Positions 63,463 to 64,000 of a DNA stretch of 64,000 bases are shown here, one piece after another. Made by a program: the position numbers and the translations under genes. How positions within the stretch are numbered: the stretch's first letter is position 1; every line of letters starts with the position of its first letter. Below the pieces are notes generated by a model. The model had not been told where the DNA came from. It worked only from the letters and a program-made list of their open reading frames with translations, and searched no databases. This DNA is from Amoebidium appalachense (lineage: Eukaryota > Protista > Ichthyosporea): assembly GCA_963693365.1 (NCBI GenBank), contig CAVNZM010000009.1, positions 9,986,243-10,050,242 of the forward strand, read 5' to 3'.

Positions 63463-64000
63463 CTCCCCGAACTTAATGCTACTTCACAACCACCAAAAAA
63501 CGGAAAGGGTGATACCTAAATGCACACTATACTCCTCTTCACACACTCGGCTGTAACAATTTAGAGACGCACACGTACGGGATTTTGCATAATAATTTCA
63601 GTTGTTGGGAATTGAGAAATGTAATTGGATGAAGTGGTATTAATGAAACACTGCTGGGATTGGCCATACCGATTAAGCATCAGATCTATTGGCTAAACAC
63701 AAGCCCACACTCCACATACATCCAGTTAGGCATATCGCTTCATGTGCACGTGTGTGCGCGTGCAAAACATCTCTAAAACAGGTACGACACAGGGCTACTT
63801 ATTTATGCAAGAAGCAATTTTGTAAGGCAGTGAGAAGTTTCGTGCCCGGAGGGGGGGGGGGGGAATCTGGTGATGTATGTATTGGAGGGTTGGAAATATT
63901 AAGGAGACACCAGAAGGACAAAATATAAAACGTCGCAAAAATGAAAAGCCCGAAATCAAACCATAAAACAGAATAAGTAAAACAAGTGAAGGCGGAAGAC

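Overview
Intron-rich eukaryotic nuclear DNA in the standard genetic code, saturated with (CA)n/(GT)n, (GA)n and poly-C/poly-G tracts. Gene content and style suggest a unicellular relative of animals (inference). Nearly all long ORFs in the supplied track are microsatellite artefacts. Spliced genes rebuilt by hand: ATP6AP2-like (5'-partial, +), a C2H2 zinc-finger/Pro-rich protein (-), ERGIC3 (+), RPS27A (-) head-to-head with NOL12/RRP17 (+), tRNA-Ile(AAT) (-), NDUFA7 (+), a leucine-zipper EF-1delta-like gene (-) and an unidentified gene near the right edge (-). Main non-coding observations: (1) a dispersed element of up to ~570 nt (about 10 copies, at least 2 subfamilies) with a covarying pseudoknotted RNA core, a fixed 3' end running into poly-C, and sense orientation in host introns; (2) four intronic box C/D snoRNA copies with a compensatory C/D box variant, targeting the LSU rRNA site equivalent to yeast Um898; (3) 22-38 bp micro-MITEs with 8-bp TSDs; (4) introns bracketed by complementary GT/CA and G/C repeats, often with no polypyrimidine tract; (5) decayed tandem copies of exon-end/splice-site junctions inside introns.
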